A stretch of DNA of 64,000 nucleotides, taken from assembly GCA_030704615.1 (NCBI GenBank), contig CM060733.1, positions 11,160,001 to 11,224,000 on the forward strand, written 5' to 3'. This stretch comes from Takakia lepidozioides. Lineage: Eukaryota > Plantae > Bryophyta. A program made the position numbers and the translations under genes. This document shows positions 34,407 through 46,974 of this stretch, piece after piece; position 1 is the first letter of the stretch, and every line of letters begins with the position of its first letter. The notes under the pieces were generated by a model that ran no database searches, was not told the DNA's origin, and was given only the letters and a program-made list of their open reading frames with translations.

Positions 34407-35128
34407 TCAGAGGGGTCAACTTTGAGGTTAAGAAAACCATCCTTTGTCGCATTATTAGACCTGCCTTGGAGTACGGATCTGCAATATGGGTTGATAAATC
34501 TGACTTAGAGGCTGTAGTGTCCAAAGCCATGTCTGCTGCCATGAGATTGTCTGATTGAAAATGAAGTTAGGCAGAAAACTTCCCTGAACTTGTTTCCAGT
34601 CAGTGACATGGGGGAGGACATCTTGGATGACCTCAAGGGTCTACCCACTCTCGGCACAAGACTGAAATTTAAACTCAGGGCAAGAAGCCTACCTTTGAAC
34701 AGCAAACAGAAGTAGAGAGGAAAGAGAGAGTGCAATTGCCTGTTGTGTGGGCAATCTGAAGACTGTACACATTTTCTGATACACTGTCCAGGGTTCTCTC
34801 ACCAAAGAGACGTTCTCTTCAAATCTATCAAGGGAATTGTGCCTGTACATCTGTTTACCAACTTTGAAAGTCTCAAGGCTGAGCCAAAAGCCCAGGCCCT
34901 CCTGAGGCCTAGTTATTGGGCAAATCACACACAGCAGTTTGATGTTTGTGTGAAGGGATTTCTAGAGGATATCTGGAAAACCCAGATTAATTCTATATAT
35001 GAAGGTAAGTCTTACTACCAACGTCAGCCCTTGACAGAGGCAGGTTCTGTCCCTTTTGTTTCCGCTCAAATTGGGCGCGGGGTCAATGGCCACAAGGCTA
35101 CGGCAAACAACGTCTTATGAGTACAATC
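34407..35128 (+). mobile_element. 5'-truncated LINE (RT thumb plus C-terminal CCHC zinc finger)
   Basis: IIRPALEYGSAIW and CLLCGQSEDCTHFLIHCP motifs; 14-bp TSD TTTTAACTTTTTCT at 34393-34406 and 35129-35142. Confidence 0.88.
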
Positions 35129-35189
35129 TTTTAACTTTTTCTGCACCCTCTCTCCCTTGTGGTTTGTTTACTTTTGTGAACAACAAAAA

Positions 35190-35196
<7 letters not shown>

Positions 35197-35264
<68 letters not shown>
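35197..35264. repeat. (GA)n microsatellite
   Basis: Pure GA run, followed by GAGGGACA units and a poly-G tract. Confidence 0.98.
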
Positions 35265-35268
<4 letters not shown>

Positions 35269-35654
35269 CAGAGAGGGACAGAGAGAGGGAGAGATCAGGA
35301 AACCAAAATACAAAAAAAATGGGGGGGGGGGGGGGGGGGGATTGGGCCCGTGGTGCTCAGCAGCTGCTGGTGGTGCTCAGTCACTCCCCCCCACCTATTT
35401 CTTTTCTCTTTGTTGCCCCCTCTCGAGACCCCGAGCACTTGCTGCTCTCAGCCCCCGACATGCTTGGTTTTTTTTGTTTTTGATCTGGAATGTTCCTAAT
35501 GAGGCCAACTTGTGGGTTTGCATGACAGGTGCCAGCTTATGGGGAAAGAGAAGAAGTCACCTGCCCCAAAGAAAGGGGCGGACAATCCGTTTGCTCTGCC
35601 GGCACGTGTGACGCGCCAGGGCGTCTCACGGCTAACCGCCCGTCGACAGCCGCA

Positions 35655-36430
35655 GGCCCTGGAGAAGGGTAAAAGGTCCATGGTGCCATTGTCAAATTTG
35701 AAATTGTACCCGATGTCATTTTGAACAATACCCTTGTGGGCATGTGACAGTATTGAGATACAAAGGGAGTGTTTGAGAATATGGCTGAATGAAATGTCGT
35801 GTCCTGGAGTGTGATGATGGCGGGATATTCTCCAACATGGATGCGGGATGGAGGCATTGGAGACCTATGAACAAATGATGCGATGATGCTGGAAGGGGTA
35901 AAGCCAGACCTGGCCACGTTCGTTTGTATATGCAACGCGTGTGTGAGCCTGGCAGCCTTGGAAAAGGGCAAAGCGGTTCATGGTGACATCATTAGAGCTG
36001 GAATTGTACCCGACGTCATTATGAACAATACCCTCGTGGACATGTATGCGAAATGTGGGTGCATCGCGGATGCGAAGGGAGTTTGCAACTATGGCTGAAC
36101 GATGTTTGCGGGGTATGCACAGCAAGGCCACGGGAAGGAGGCTTTGGAGACCTATGATCAAATGATGGCGGAAGGGGTGATCATGTGCAAGGCTGGCAGC
36201 CCTGGAAAAGGGCAAAGAGGTCCATGGTGACATTGTCAGAGCTGGAATTGTACACGATATCATTCTGAATAGTACTCTCGTGGACATGTATGCAAAATGT
36301 GGGTGCATCAAGGATGCAAAGGGAGTGCTCAAAAGTATGGCTGAACGAGATGTGGTGTCGTGGAGTGCGATGATTGCAGGATATGCATAGCAAGGGCGCG
36401 AGATGGAGGCTTTGGAGACCTATGAGCACC
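35655..36430 (+). pseudogene. PLS-class PPR pseudogene fragment
   Basis: GVKPDLATFV..ACVSLAALEKGKAVHGDII..NTLVDMYAKCG repeats with frameshifts and stops. Confidence 0.9.
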
Positions 36431-36439
36431 TTCCTCAAC

Positions 36440-38275
36440 ACATTTCAGCCTGTTTTCCCTGTTATTAGAGTCGTCCCTAAATTTTCAGGTTGAATTCTGC
36501 AAGTTATGGGTGCCTGCAATTGTTACTCTTCCCCCTTCTTTACACCCGCATTTCTGTATTCATAGCCACAGCAGATGGATGTCATCAAGTCATGGTAAAG
36601 GGCTTCTTTGAGAAAGAAATGCTAGAATGCACCAGGGTTAAATTTCATTCTTGGGATTCGTGGCCCCTTCCACTATGGTAGTGGGCCTCTTTGTTTTTGC
36701 TGCTGTCCCATCTTTTAGTCTTTTCTGCTCTTTCAAAAATGGGTACAGGCATTAACTTGGCTTGAAGACTACTGGGGCAAGCAATGTCTAAATATCATTT
36801 TTTTTCTTTCTCTATCCCTGGATATAATAAGTGCCTTCTTTGTTCTTTTACTGAGTTTGTTAAGGGTTCCGTTATGTTTCCATCCTAGGTTGTCTCCCTC
36901 CGTGTTCCAACTTCAATTTGAATGTGTTTCTGAGCAGTTTTACAGAGCAGTACCACCCTACCATTCGCGAAACATTGCCTTTCAATATGTAATTCTAAAA
37001 AACATTGCCGAACCTCCTTCATCGGGAGGTCCTTCTCCCCCTATGACCGTGACACCCTAAACCCTATTCCCACGGACACTCATTTCCGGAAAATAGTCCT
37101 GCTCATGTTTTTTTTCGACACTTACGACTCTGCTCATGGCTCATGCCGCTCATGGCTCATGGCTCATGAAATAGCAGCCCCCTCAATCCCAATGGTTGTA
37201 CACTTCTTTGATCTGCCATTGTTACTGCAAATGGGGCTGGTTTCATGTTACTTAGACCAAGCTTCTGCCTTAATTGGTCGTTCATGATATTCACTCCAGA
37301 GCCTCCATCTATCAGTACATCAGTTAGTTCTGATTCCAATTCTCAATTGGATTACTGGCATAGAATCATCAAAGTCCATGACTGTTTCTCGCCCTTCCGG
37401 CTTCACATTATAACTGGTCACCTTGTTGTTCAGGTCTGTGTTCCCCGTCACATGGATAATTCGATTGATTGCTTGATACAGCCTGTGTCTACAATAAGGT
37501 GCCACAGCCAATAGCTGTCCAATGGTAATCTCCGCTTTGGACTGGCATATTACTTCAGCCAAAGTCCCTTCATTACTCTGCATTTCTGCAGCTTCTTTCT
37601 TCCCTTCATCCTCACTCACTTCCTCTTCTCTTTCAGAATCAGAGGAATCTGCCATAGGAATATCAGTACTCTTCTGCATTTCCCTTATGGTATCTGCCAC
37701 TTCCTTGTGCAATTTCTTCTCATCTCTCCAAGCCTCATCATCTTCAGGCACATCACCGCCATCTTCATTATCATCACCTTCCTCATCTACTAGAGGTATT
37801 AGTTTGGCTTTGCTTCTCGTTACTATCATTGTACTTACTTCTGGTACAACACATGGCCTAACCATATGAGCTGCCACCACTGGCCCCTCATTCACAGGAG
37901 CTCTCATCTCATTCTGGTGTCTGATCCAAAATGGACAGGCTACCTTGCGATGTCTTACCTGATTACAATAGTAACACAGTTCTTCCCCATTAGGTCCTCG
38001 CCCTTGGTCTGTTCTGGGATTGTTTCTGTAATCTTGATTCCCTGGCTGGTAATTCCCCCTTGGATTACCCTGATAGTTGCCTCTGGAATTTCCTTGGTAA
38101 TTCTCTCTTGAATTACCTCTCCCTTCCATGCCATTGTTATAACCACCAGGCCTACCATAGTGGTCCTGATCACTGTTTCTTCTTGGCTGGGGCTGCACTT
38201 GATGCACCCTCAACTGTCGGGGTTTTGAGCATTTCTTGGCCATGTGCCCGGGCTCTCCGCAATTAAAGCACACCC
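36440..38275 (-). mobile_element. Ty3/gypsy gag-protease fragment
   Basis: Zinc knuckles CFNCGEPGHMAKKC and CYYCNQVRHRKVAC, ITIGQLLAVAPYCR, protease VLIDGGSGVNIM. Confidence 0.85.
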
Positions 38276-39428
38276 CACCATTGACTGGGGTCAGAAAGTA
38301 TTCATTCCACAGCTTCACGTCGTCTCTGTTACCTGTTTCTGGATACTTTCATATTGTCACATTGGCAGTTTCATGTCAAAGTCACTCCAAACTAAATTCA
38401 CTCAATCAGCTAACTTGCAGAATGCAACATGAAAATTTAGGGCCGATTCTGATAAGAGGGAAAAACAGGGTGAACTGTGTTGAAGAAGGTGCCTTGATTA
38501 CCAATGCCTAAATTTATCAATTGTGCCGCTGCTGCTGCGGCTTCCAGTTGACCATCTACCCATGCAGGTTTCTTGTAGCTACCCTTCCACATGAAATCAT
38601 AGGTAATCTGGAGCTTGAAATCTAGCCCTCTTGGATGAATCTGGACGTACCCACACTCTATCCCTGCTCCTTCAGCTATCCATACCTCTGCACAAATCAT
38701 GAATACATCCTTGTCTTGCTGCTAGCAGCTGACAATGACAGCCTAGAATTGTTCCAGCAAACACCCCAACCCTACTTATCACACTAGTTCCTATGCTTAA
38801 TAGCATATGCTACTCTCTGTAATCCAACAGGCATTCACCTTTTTGCCTCGATTGTCCCACCATTGACTGGGGCAGAAAGTATTCATTCCACAGTTTCTCC
38901 TCGTCTTTGTTACCTGTTTGTGGATACTTTCCTGTTGTCACATTGGCAGTATCATGTCAAAGTCACTCCAAATTATCAAAGGTTCACTCAACCAGCTAAC
39001 GTGAAGAATTCAACATCTAGGGCCGATTCTGATAAGAGGGAAAAACAGGGTGAAATGTGTTGAAGAAGGTGCCTTGGTTAGCAGTGCCTGAGTTTATCAA
39101 TTGTGCCGCTGCTGCTGCTGCTTCTAGTTGACCATCTACCCGTGCTGCTTCCACAGGGAATCATAGGTAATCTTGTGCTTGAAATCCGGCCCTCTTTGAT
39201 GTTGGACCCACACTCTATCCCTACTCCTTCAGCTATCCATGCCTCTGCACAGATTATGCATACATCCTTGCCTTACTGCTAGCAGCTGACAAGGACAGCC
39301 TATATTTGTTCCAGCAAACACCCAACTCCAGTTATCACCCTATGCTCAATGGCATTTGCTACTCTCTGTAATCCAACAGGCATTCACCTTTTTGCCTCTA
39401 TTGTCCCACCATTGACTGGGGTCAGAAA
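38274..39428 (-). pseudogene. Tandemly duplicated intron-containing OSB-like PDF-motif exons (organellar ssDNA-binding motif)
   Basis: Units of ~583 and ~549 bp. LWNEYF.DPSQWWDNRGKK | GT..AG intron | .RGPDFKHKITYDSLW...WVDGQL. Confidence 0.75.
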
Positions 39429-39479
39429 GAAGCTTTTTGGACTTCCCCTCTCTATTTCTCCTCTGCATATGAGCAAGCA

Positions 39480-42400
39480 GACCAGAACATCCAAACTCAA
39501 TTGCAAGAGCCGGGTAGGCGGTTCGTTGAGCCCAACCTACACCGCAACTTGCCACGACCCCCTAGGCTAGTATGCCGTCATCCTGGCCGCGCGCGACCAG
39601 GGCTCGTCACTACTCCACAGTCAGATTGGGCGGACAAGGCCCAAGAGGTTGCTATCTAGCAACCAAAGGATTCGTCTCCTACCTCCAAGCTTGGTGTACC
39701 CAAGGTTGTAGTCACTGAAGACAATTGGGAACCAGATATTGGACCTACAGTCACCGGAGGAGAGAGACGGAGGATCCAGCGATTTCTAAGGGCTTATAGA
39801 AATTGCTTTGCCTTCGGTTTGAAGGATTTGGGGAGTTTGAAGGGTCAGGAGATTCGTATTGATTTGACAAGTGACACGCCAATCTTTCGAAGGCCCTACC
39901 GGTATAGTGACATAGAGAGGTCATTGATCCAGTCACGGACTATGGAGTTGTTCGAAGCTGGATTGATGGAGTTGTCAAGCGGGGAGTATGTCTCGGCAAC
40001 GGTGATGCCAGCTAAGAAGGATATCTATGGCAATTGGACAGAAATAAGGATGTGTGGGGACTATCGTCTTGTGAACTGTCAGACTAAGTCCGATAGATAT
40101 GCCATGCCAACTCCAGAGGAGATCTTTGATGCCATTGGGCATGCAAAGGTGTTTAGCACATTGGATTTGCGATCCGGTTACCACCAATTGCCAATCAAAG
40201 AGGCTGACAAGCAAAAGACGACATTTTGGGGGATTGACCAACATGAGAAGGATTGTTTGTACCAATGGCGGTTCTTACCGTTTGGGTTGAAGAACGCTCC
40301 TGCAGAGTTTCAGAGAGTCATGGATAGGATTCTCGCGGGGCTAGACTTCACCCGGTGCTACATTGATGACATCATCGTCTTTAGTGCTACGGTTGAGGAG
40401 CATGAAAGACACCTTCAGGTGGTGTTTGAGAGCTTGAGAGTGCACGGGTTGAAACTGCACCCCAAAAAGTGCAAGTTCTTCCACAATCAAATTGAGTATC
40501 TGGGCCACATGATATACCCTGGAGGATTGGGTGTTCAACAGACAAAGGTGGAGGCCATTGCATGCATTCCACGCCCCATGGATGTGAGCAAAATTCGTGC
40601 TTTCATGGGATTGGCAAACTACTATCGACGGTTTGACAAGGGATTTAGCAGCATTGCAAAGGTTCTTACCAAGTTGACCAAGGTGGGTCAGGAGTGGCAG
40701 TGGGAGGAGGAGCAGGAGGAAGCCTTTGAGGAACTCAAGGCTCGATTGACTTCTGCACCTATTCTGAGGTGGCCTATTCGGGGGCGGCCTTTCCAGCTAC
40801 ATACGGATTGGAGTATGTTGGGGATTGGAGCAGTGCTCACACAGGTGGATGATGAGGGAAGAGAGTTTGTAGTGGCATATGTTAGCCGCTCGAACAATGA
40901 TGTCGAGACGAAGTATAGTTCCTATGAAGGGGAGTGTCTAGCTACGGTATGGGCAGTGACACATTTCAGATGCTACCTCTATGGCAATCTCTTCACCCTT
41001 GTCACGGATCACCAACCATTGAAGTGGTTGATGGAGTCAGACAAGCTTACAGGGAAGCTTGCACGGTGGGCACTTATGCTTCAAGAGTACAACTTTCAGG
41101 TGGTGCATCGAGCCGGTATTGTCAATCGGGATGCAGATGGATTGAGTCGTAATCCATGCACGAGCAAGCATAATGATACTGGAGCTCGGTGGCATGGTGA
41201 GACGGATGAAGAGATGGTGTCAGGATGGCATGCATTGGCCTTTTTGTGCATTCTAGCAATGGGAGCTCAAGCTGGTCCATCCCATGCGATTGGTCATGTA
41301 GATGGCGTGCATGACAATCCAGAGACTAATGAGGAGTTTGGTGGTGCTAAGGATGTGCATGAAGATGCAGCCGTGTTGGCATACCTTCTTACCGGAGAGA
41401 CGGCAGCCAGTGTGACTGTTAAGGAGAGAGATCGGGTCCTACAACGAGGCAAGAGGTTCAAGTGGGAGGGGACTCATTTACTCCGGGTTTGGGAGGATGG
41501 ACGAGTGAGGATTGTGCCTCATCCAACACAACGAGCGCAATTGGTATGCCATGCCCATGAGGAGTTGGGACATTTTGGGATGCGGCGCACTCATAGTTTG
41601 CTGCAAGGGCAGTATTGGTGGCGGGGCATGCACACGGATGTGCAACAGTTAGTGGTAAGGTGCATGGTGTGTGATAGAGTGCGGGCTTCTTTCAACGCCC
41701 CTATTCCACAATTGCATCCTTTACCCATTATGGGTTTGGGCTATCGTTGGAGTCTTGACTTCGCAGGCCCATTGCCATTGACGATTCGTCATAACAAGTA
41801 TGTGCTGGTGATGGTGGAATACTTTTCCAAATGGATTGAACTGGTGGCATTGCCTGACAAGGCAAGTGGGGGGGTTGCGTATGCATTCTTAGATCGAGTG
41901 CTAAGCCATTTTGGTGCTCCAGCCGAGGTACTCACGGACCAGGGGAGAGATTTCTTGGGGGAGTTTCAGACTTTGTGTGAGCAAGCCTTGATAGATCACC
42001 GCACTACTTCTAGGGATCATCCCGAGGCTGATGGCTTGGCGGAGAGAGTTGTTCAGACAGTCAAGAGAGGTTTGCGCAAGTACGGTTTGCAGAAGGGACA
42101 CCTAGGAGATTGGGACCTTCAGCTGCCTTGGCTAGCTATGGGCTATAGGTTCAGCAAACAAGCTTCACTTGTCTCCTTCTCACCTTACTTTCTTCTCTTC
42201 GGCCGAGAGCCGGATTTGCCTGCATCTATTCGCAGGGAGGCTGTAGTAGTTCTCAACCTTGATGATCCGGATGTGTGGACACAAGCATATGCCCAACGGG
42301 CAGAGTTGTTCAAGAGAGTCATGCCTATGGCTTTTGATAACCTTGCCATTGCCCAACACCGAGACACATTGAGGTACGCCACTATACGTGGAGGGGGATA

Positions 42401-43554
42401 TCGGCCAAGTGTTCGGCGATTCCACCCTGGGGACTATGTGTATTTGTAGCAGACAGCGCCTATGACCTTGGATGTCACAGCAGGACGTGTGATTCTAAGG
42501 GTCAGGGAGGTGTTGCCTTCAGGAGTATTGATTCTGGAGGGTCGAGATGACATGGTATGGAAGGACCATGTGCGCAATTGTGCGCCATGTCACCTTCCAC
42601 ATGTGGATGGGAGGATAGATCCCAACCTTGCAGTGGTACTTGTAGGGTTGCGTTGCATGCTAGTGGCGCCGCAACCATGTTGGTGTGTGACAAATGCTCA
42701 AGGGGGTGACACATGGGATGCTTGACACCGCCACTTGAGGAGGTTCATTTCGGAGAATGGTTGTGTCCACGATGCCTTGGACAAAGGTAGTGGGCATGAC
42801 AATGGTGAGGCGGACAAGTGATCCAAGGTTTAGCCAGTGGGGCTTCAATGCCATGGATACTCAACTGAAGATCATGGATTACATGAAGGCGACTAACGAT
42901 GGGGCTACGTTTGCACCCGGCCTCTTGATCTATCGACTTTAGGTGTTGGGACTTGTGCAATTGAAGACCAAGCAATGATCTTATTGGAGCTATCCGGTGT
43001 TAGAGGGACCTAATCACCAGCTACGAGGGCGATTGTGGCGTGGCTTTCTAGGACTATATGCTAGGAAGTGTGGTTGGACAACGATATATGTTGTGGCACG
43101 ATGCTTAGGTACACGACAGCTGTCATGGTTTTTGTTTGTGATTAATTAGAAATAGTTATTTCTAGCTAATTAGGACATTATACATTTATAATTGTATTTT
43201 GTTGGCATTGGGACTTCATTTGGTTCCATGTGCCAAGTGAGGTGGCGAACCTCACTTGGGACGTGGAGAGGTTATCTCCACGTGAGACGTAGGCAGGCTC
43301 GTCTTCTTCTAGTCGAGCCTCCCGAGGCCTCTCTCGCCGCCATAGCTCTAGTACTTGAGATGGAGAGTGGGTAAGGTCTGTATGGTGGAGTCCTTTAGCA
43401 AAGGTGCCATTGGCTTGATTTATATAACGTGATAGAGTGGTTTCTCCTCTTTTCACCATTTCTGTATCATTGTGGCATGACTTCTAGGACTATATGCTAG
43501 GAAGTGTGGTTGGACAACGATGTATGTTGTGGCACGATGCTTAGGTGCACGACA
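39480..43554 (+). mobile_element. Ty3/gypsy element with integrase-PHD tail; no gag or 5' LTR visible; terminal repeat 43034-43554
   Basis: Long pol ORF, PPT GAGGGCGAT before TGTGGCG, terminus ...CACGACA. The left boundary is approximate. Confidence 0.92.
39819..42790 (+). pseudogene. pol: pol: RT, RNase H, integrase (876-aa ORF to a premature TAG at 42447-42449), then frameshifted PHD finger
   Basis: LDLRSGYHQ, PFGLKNAP, YIDDIIV, HTDWS, HEELGHFG..CMVC, SLDFAGP, HPEADGLAER. The sister copy reads YVYLQQ through the stop position. Confidence 0.95.
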
Positions 43555-43619
43555 ACAAGCTAAACCATAAAGAAAAACAAACACCCTACCCCAGTACCAT
43601 ATGAAAAAAAAAAAAAAAA

Positions 43620-44266
43620 CTAAGAACCCCCAAAGGCCCTAAACCTAAACCTAGAAAGCCCTGCAGTCACTGCCTGCGACCCCCACGCGTCACAACCTGC
43701 GAGTTTTTTGGATTTATGAGGCCGGGGGTCGCAAACGGCGACAGCCAACCGTTGCCAACTGCAACCTGTTTTTTTGTTTTGAAAGAATGGATTTATGAGG
43801 CCGGGGGTCGCAATTGGCGACGACATGCCGTCGCAAAATGTGACATGTTTTTTGTTTTGAAATAATAGGGCAGCCGGGCTGTTTGCGACACCCGGCCGTC
43901 GCAGGGGCCTTTTGCCCTTCATGCCACCATGCGACGGCTGGGCGTCGCAAAAAAGGGCTGCGATGAAAGAAAGGGCAAGAAAGGGTTTTTTTTTTGGGAT
44001 TGTGACGACCGGCCGTCGCCAGAAAGGGCTGGCTTCTCCCCTTCGCTGGGGGCGACACTTGGGCGTCGCACAGAAAGGCTGCCTGCTGCCCTTCATCCAC
44101 CCGTGCGACGGCCAGGCCCTGGCGCCAGGTGGCGACCCGCGGGGTTTGGTTCCGACGGCCCGACGTCGCAAACACGCTCCGCGGGGTTGGCGTCGCACGC
44201 TCAGAGCCGCGCGGGGCGTGGGGGTGCGGCTGGCATCGCAACCCCAACCCCCCCCCCCCCCCCCCA
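43620..44266. repeat. GC-rich array of GCGAC/GTCGC motifs in both orientations; probable DNA-transposon subterminal region or MITE
   Basis: Many GTCGC(A) and (T)GCGAC motifs; duplicated GGATTTATGAGGCCGGGGGTCGCAA; CCCTAAACCTAAACC at the left end and poly-C at the right end. Confidence 0.6.
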
Positions 44267-44269
44267 TTT

Positions 44270-46970
44270 GCTATAGTGAGTCATGCTCTCGTCCTTGACA
44301 ATTTGCAATGCGTGTGCAAGTCTGGCAGCTCTGGAGAAGGGCAAAGAGGTCCATGGCGACATTGTTAGAGCTGCAATTGAACCACATGTCATTTTGAACA
44401 ATACCCTCGTGGACATGTATGAAGGGAGTGTTCGACAGTAGGGCTGAACAAGATGTGGGTGTCGTGGAGTGCGATGATTGCAGGATATGCACAGTAAGGG
44501 CATGGGATAGAGGCTTTTGAGAACTATATGAGCAAATGATGTGTGAAGGGGTGAAGCCCAACCACTTCACATTTGTTTGTGTTTGCAATGCGTGTGCAAG
44601 CCTAGGAGCTCTGGGAAAGGGGAAAGAGGTCCATGGTGACATCGTCAAGCTGGAATTGTACCGGATGTCATCTTGAACATAGCCTGGTGGACATGTTTGC
44701 CAAATGTGGGTGCATTCAGGATGCGAAGCGAGTTTTCCACACTCTGGCTAAACGAGATGTGGTGTCATGGAACGCAATGCTTGCAGGGTATGCACAGCAG
44801 GGGCACAAGATGGAGGCTTTGGAGACCTATGAGCAAATGATTGGGGAAGGGTGAAGCCCGACCACATAAGGTTTGTGTGCATTTGCAGAAGTGTGCAAGC
44901 CTGGGCATGGCTCTGGAAAAGGGCAAAGAGGTGCATGGTTGCATTGCCAAAGCTGGAATTGTACTAGATGTGATTCCCTGTGGATCAATAGCTACAAGAA
45001 ACTTGCATGGGTAGATGGTCAACTAAAGGCTGTAGCTACAGTGGCACAGTTCATAAAACCAGGCACCTCAACCATGACCACAACTTCTGAAAGAGGATCA
45101 AGAAAGCGAGTCCATAATGCCTCTTCTGGCACTTCTGGGCATGTGAAGGTGCTTTGCGGCAGACAAACTGATAGCGGCTCTACAGACTTTAAACCAATGA
45201 GGCATTTCAGTAGATTCAGGTGCGTATGTTTGTCCCTTGCTTAAGTGCATCAAGATGGAAGGTCTGGACGCTGGAAAGCAGGTGCACACTCACATTATCC
45301 AAAGTGGATGGATGCCAAATGTTTTTCTACTCAACACCCTTGTCTCCATGTATGTCAAGTGCGGGAGCATCATGGATGCTCACCAAGAGTTCAACATAAT
45401 GCCTCAACGATCTTGATCACGTGGAATATAATGTTGGCAGGAGTTACCAAGCATGGGTGTGGTAGGAATGCTTTGGAGACCTATGAGCAACTGCTCGTGC
45501 GAAGGGGTGAAGCCCAACCACATCATGTTTGTTTGTGTTTGCAATGCGTGTGCAAGCTTGGGAGCTCTGGAAAAGGGGAAAGAGGTCTATTGTGACATCA
45601 TCAAAGCTCGATTTGTACCTCATTCTGAACACTGCCCTGGTGGACATGTATGCCAAATGTGGGTGCAACAAGCTTGATGCGAAGGGAGGGTTCGACAATA
45701 TGGCTGAACGAGATGTGGTGTTTTGGAGTGCCATGATTGCAAGGTATGTGCAGCATGGGTATGGGATTAAGGCTTTGGAAACCTAAGAGCAAATGATGTG
45801 GGAAGGGATGAAGCCAGACCAGGTCATGTCATTTGTGTTTATAATATGCATGTGCGAGCTTAGCAGCCCTGGGAATGGTCAAAGAGGTTCATGGTGACAT
45901 TACCTACGCTGGAATTGTACCAGATGTCATTATGAACATTCCCATGGTGGACATCTATGCCTTATCTATGCTCGCCAAGTATTCAACAGAATCCCTCAAT
46001 GATCTTTGATCACGTGAAATATAATGTTGGCAAGAGTTACCAAGCATGGGTGTGGTAGGAATGCTTTGGAGACCTATGAGCGCCAACTGCTGCGCGAAGG
46101 GTGAAGCCCAACCACATCACGTTTGTTTGTGTTTGCAATGCGTGTGCAAGCTTGGGTGCTCTGAAAAAGGGGAAAGAGGTCCATGGTGACATCATCAAAG
46201 CTGGATTTGTACCAAATGTCATTCTGACCATTGCCCTGGTGGACACGTATGCCAAATGTGGGTGCAGTAAGCCTGATGCGAAGGGAGAGTTCGACAATAT
46301 AGCTGAACGAGATGTGGTGTTTTGGAGTGCCATGATTGCAAGGTATGTGCAGCATGGGTATGGGATTAAGGCTTTGGAAACCTAAGAGCAAATGATGTGG
46401 GAAGGGATCTGAAGCCAGACCAGGTCATGTTCATTTGTGTTTATAATATACATATGCGAGCCTAGCAGCCCTGGGAATGGTCAAAGAGGTTCATGGTAAC
46501 ATTATCAAAGCTGGAATTGTATCAGATGTCATTCTGAACATTCCCCTGGTGTACATCTATGCTCACCAAGTGTTCAACATAATCTCTCACCGATCTTTGA
46601 TCACGTGGAATATAATGATGGCAGGATTTACCAAGCATGGGTGTGGTAGGAATGCTTTGGAGACCTATGAGCAAATGTTGCGCGAAGGAGTAAAGCCCAA
46701 CCGCATCATATTTGTTTGTGTTTGCAATGCGTGTGCAAGCCTGAGAGCTCTGGAAAAGGGGAAAGAGGTCCATGGTGACATCGTCAAAGCCGGAATTGTA
46801 CCGGATGTCAATCTGAACACTGCCCTGGTGGACATCTATGCCAAATGTGGGTGCATGAAGGATGTGAAGGGAGTTTTCAACACTATGGCTGAACGAGATG
46901 TGGTGTCGTGGAACGCGATGCTTGCAGGGTATGCACAACAAAGATGTGGTATGGAGACTTTGGAGACCTA
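44270..46970 (+). pseudogene. Cluster of decayed PLS-class PPR repeats, including an internal ~600-bp tandem duplication
   Basis: Repeated ALEKGKEVHGDI.KAG..NTALVDMYAKCG..RDVVSWNAM motifs; ~45420-45910 repeated at ~46010-46500. No E/DYW domain seen. Confidence 0.92.
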
Positions 46971-46974
46971 CGCC

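Larger units (their letters stand above)
32058..35340 (+). mobile_element. Inverted, diverged, ORF-less relative of the PLE leader (non-autonomous derivative)
   Basis: Collinear reverse-complement motif matches to ~30075-31990, e.g. GTCTTGTCCATGTCTTGACATGACATG, CCCGCCCTCCCACC, TCCTCACTAAC, CAGGTGAGG and the telomere-like tract. Confidence 0.7.

Noticed and set aside
43620-44368. Overlapping long ORFs on both strands
   Set aside because: An artefact of GC-rich repetitive sequence with few stop codons.
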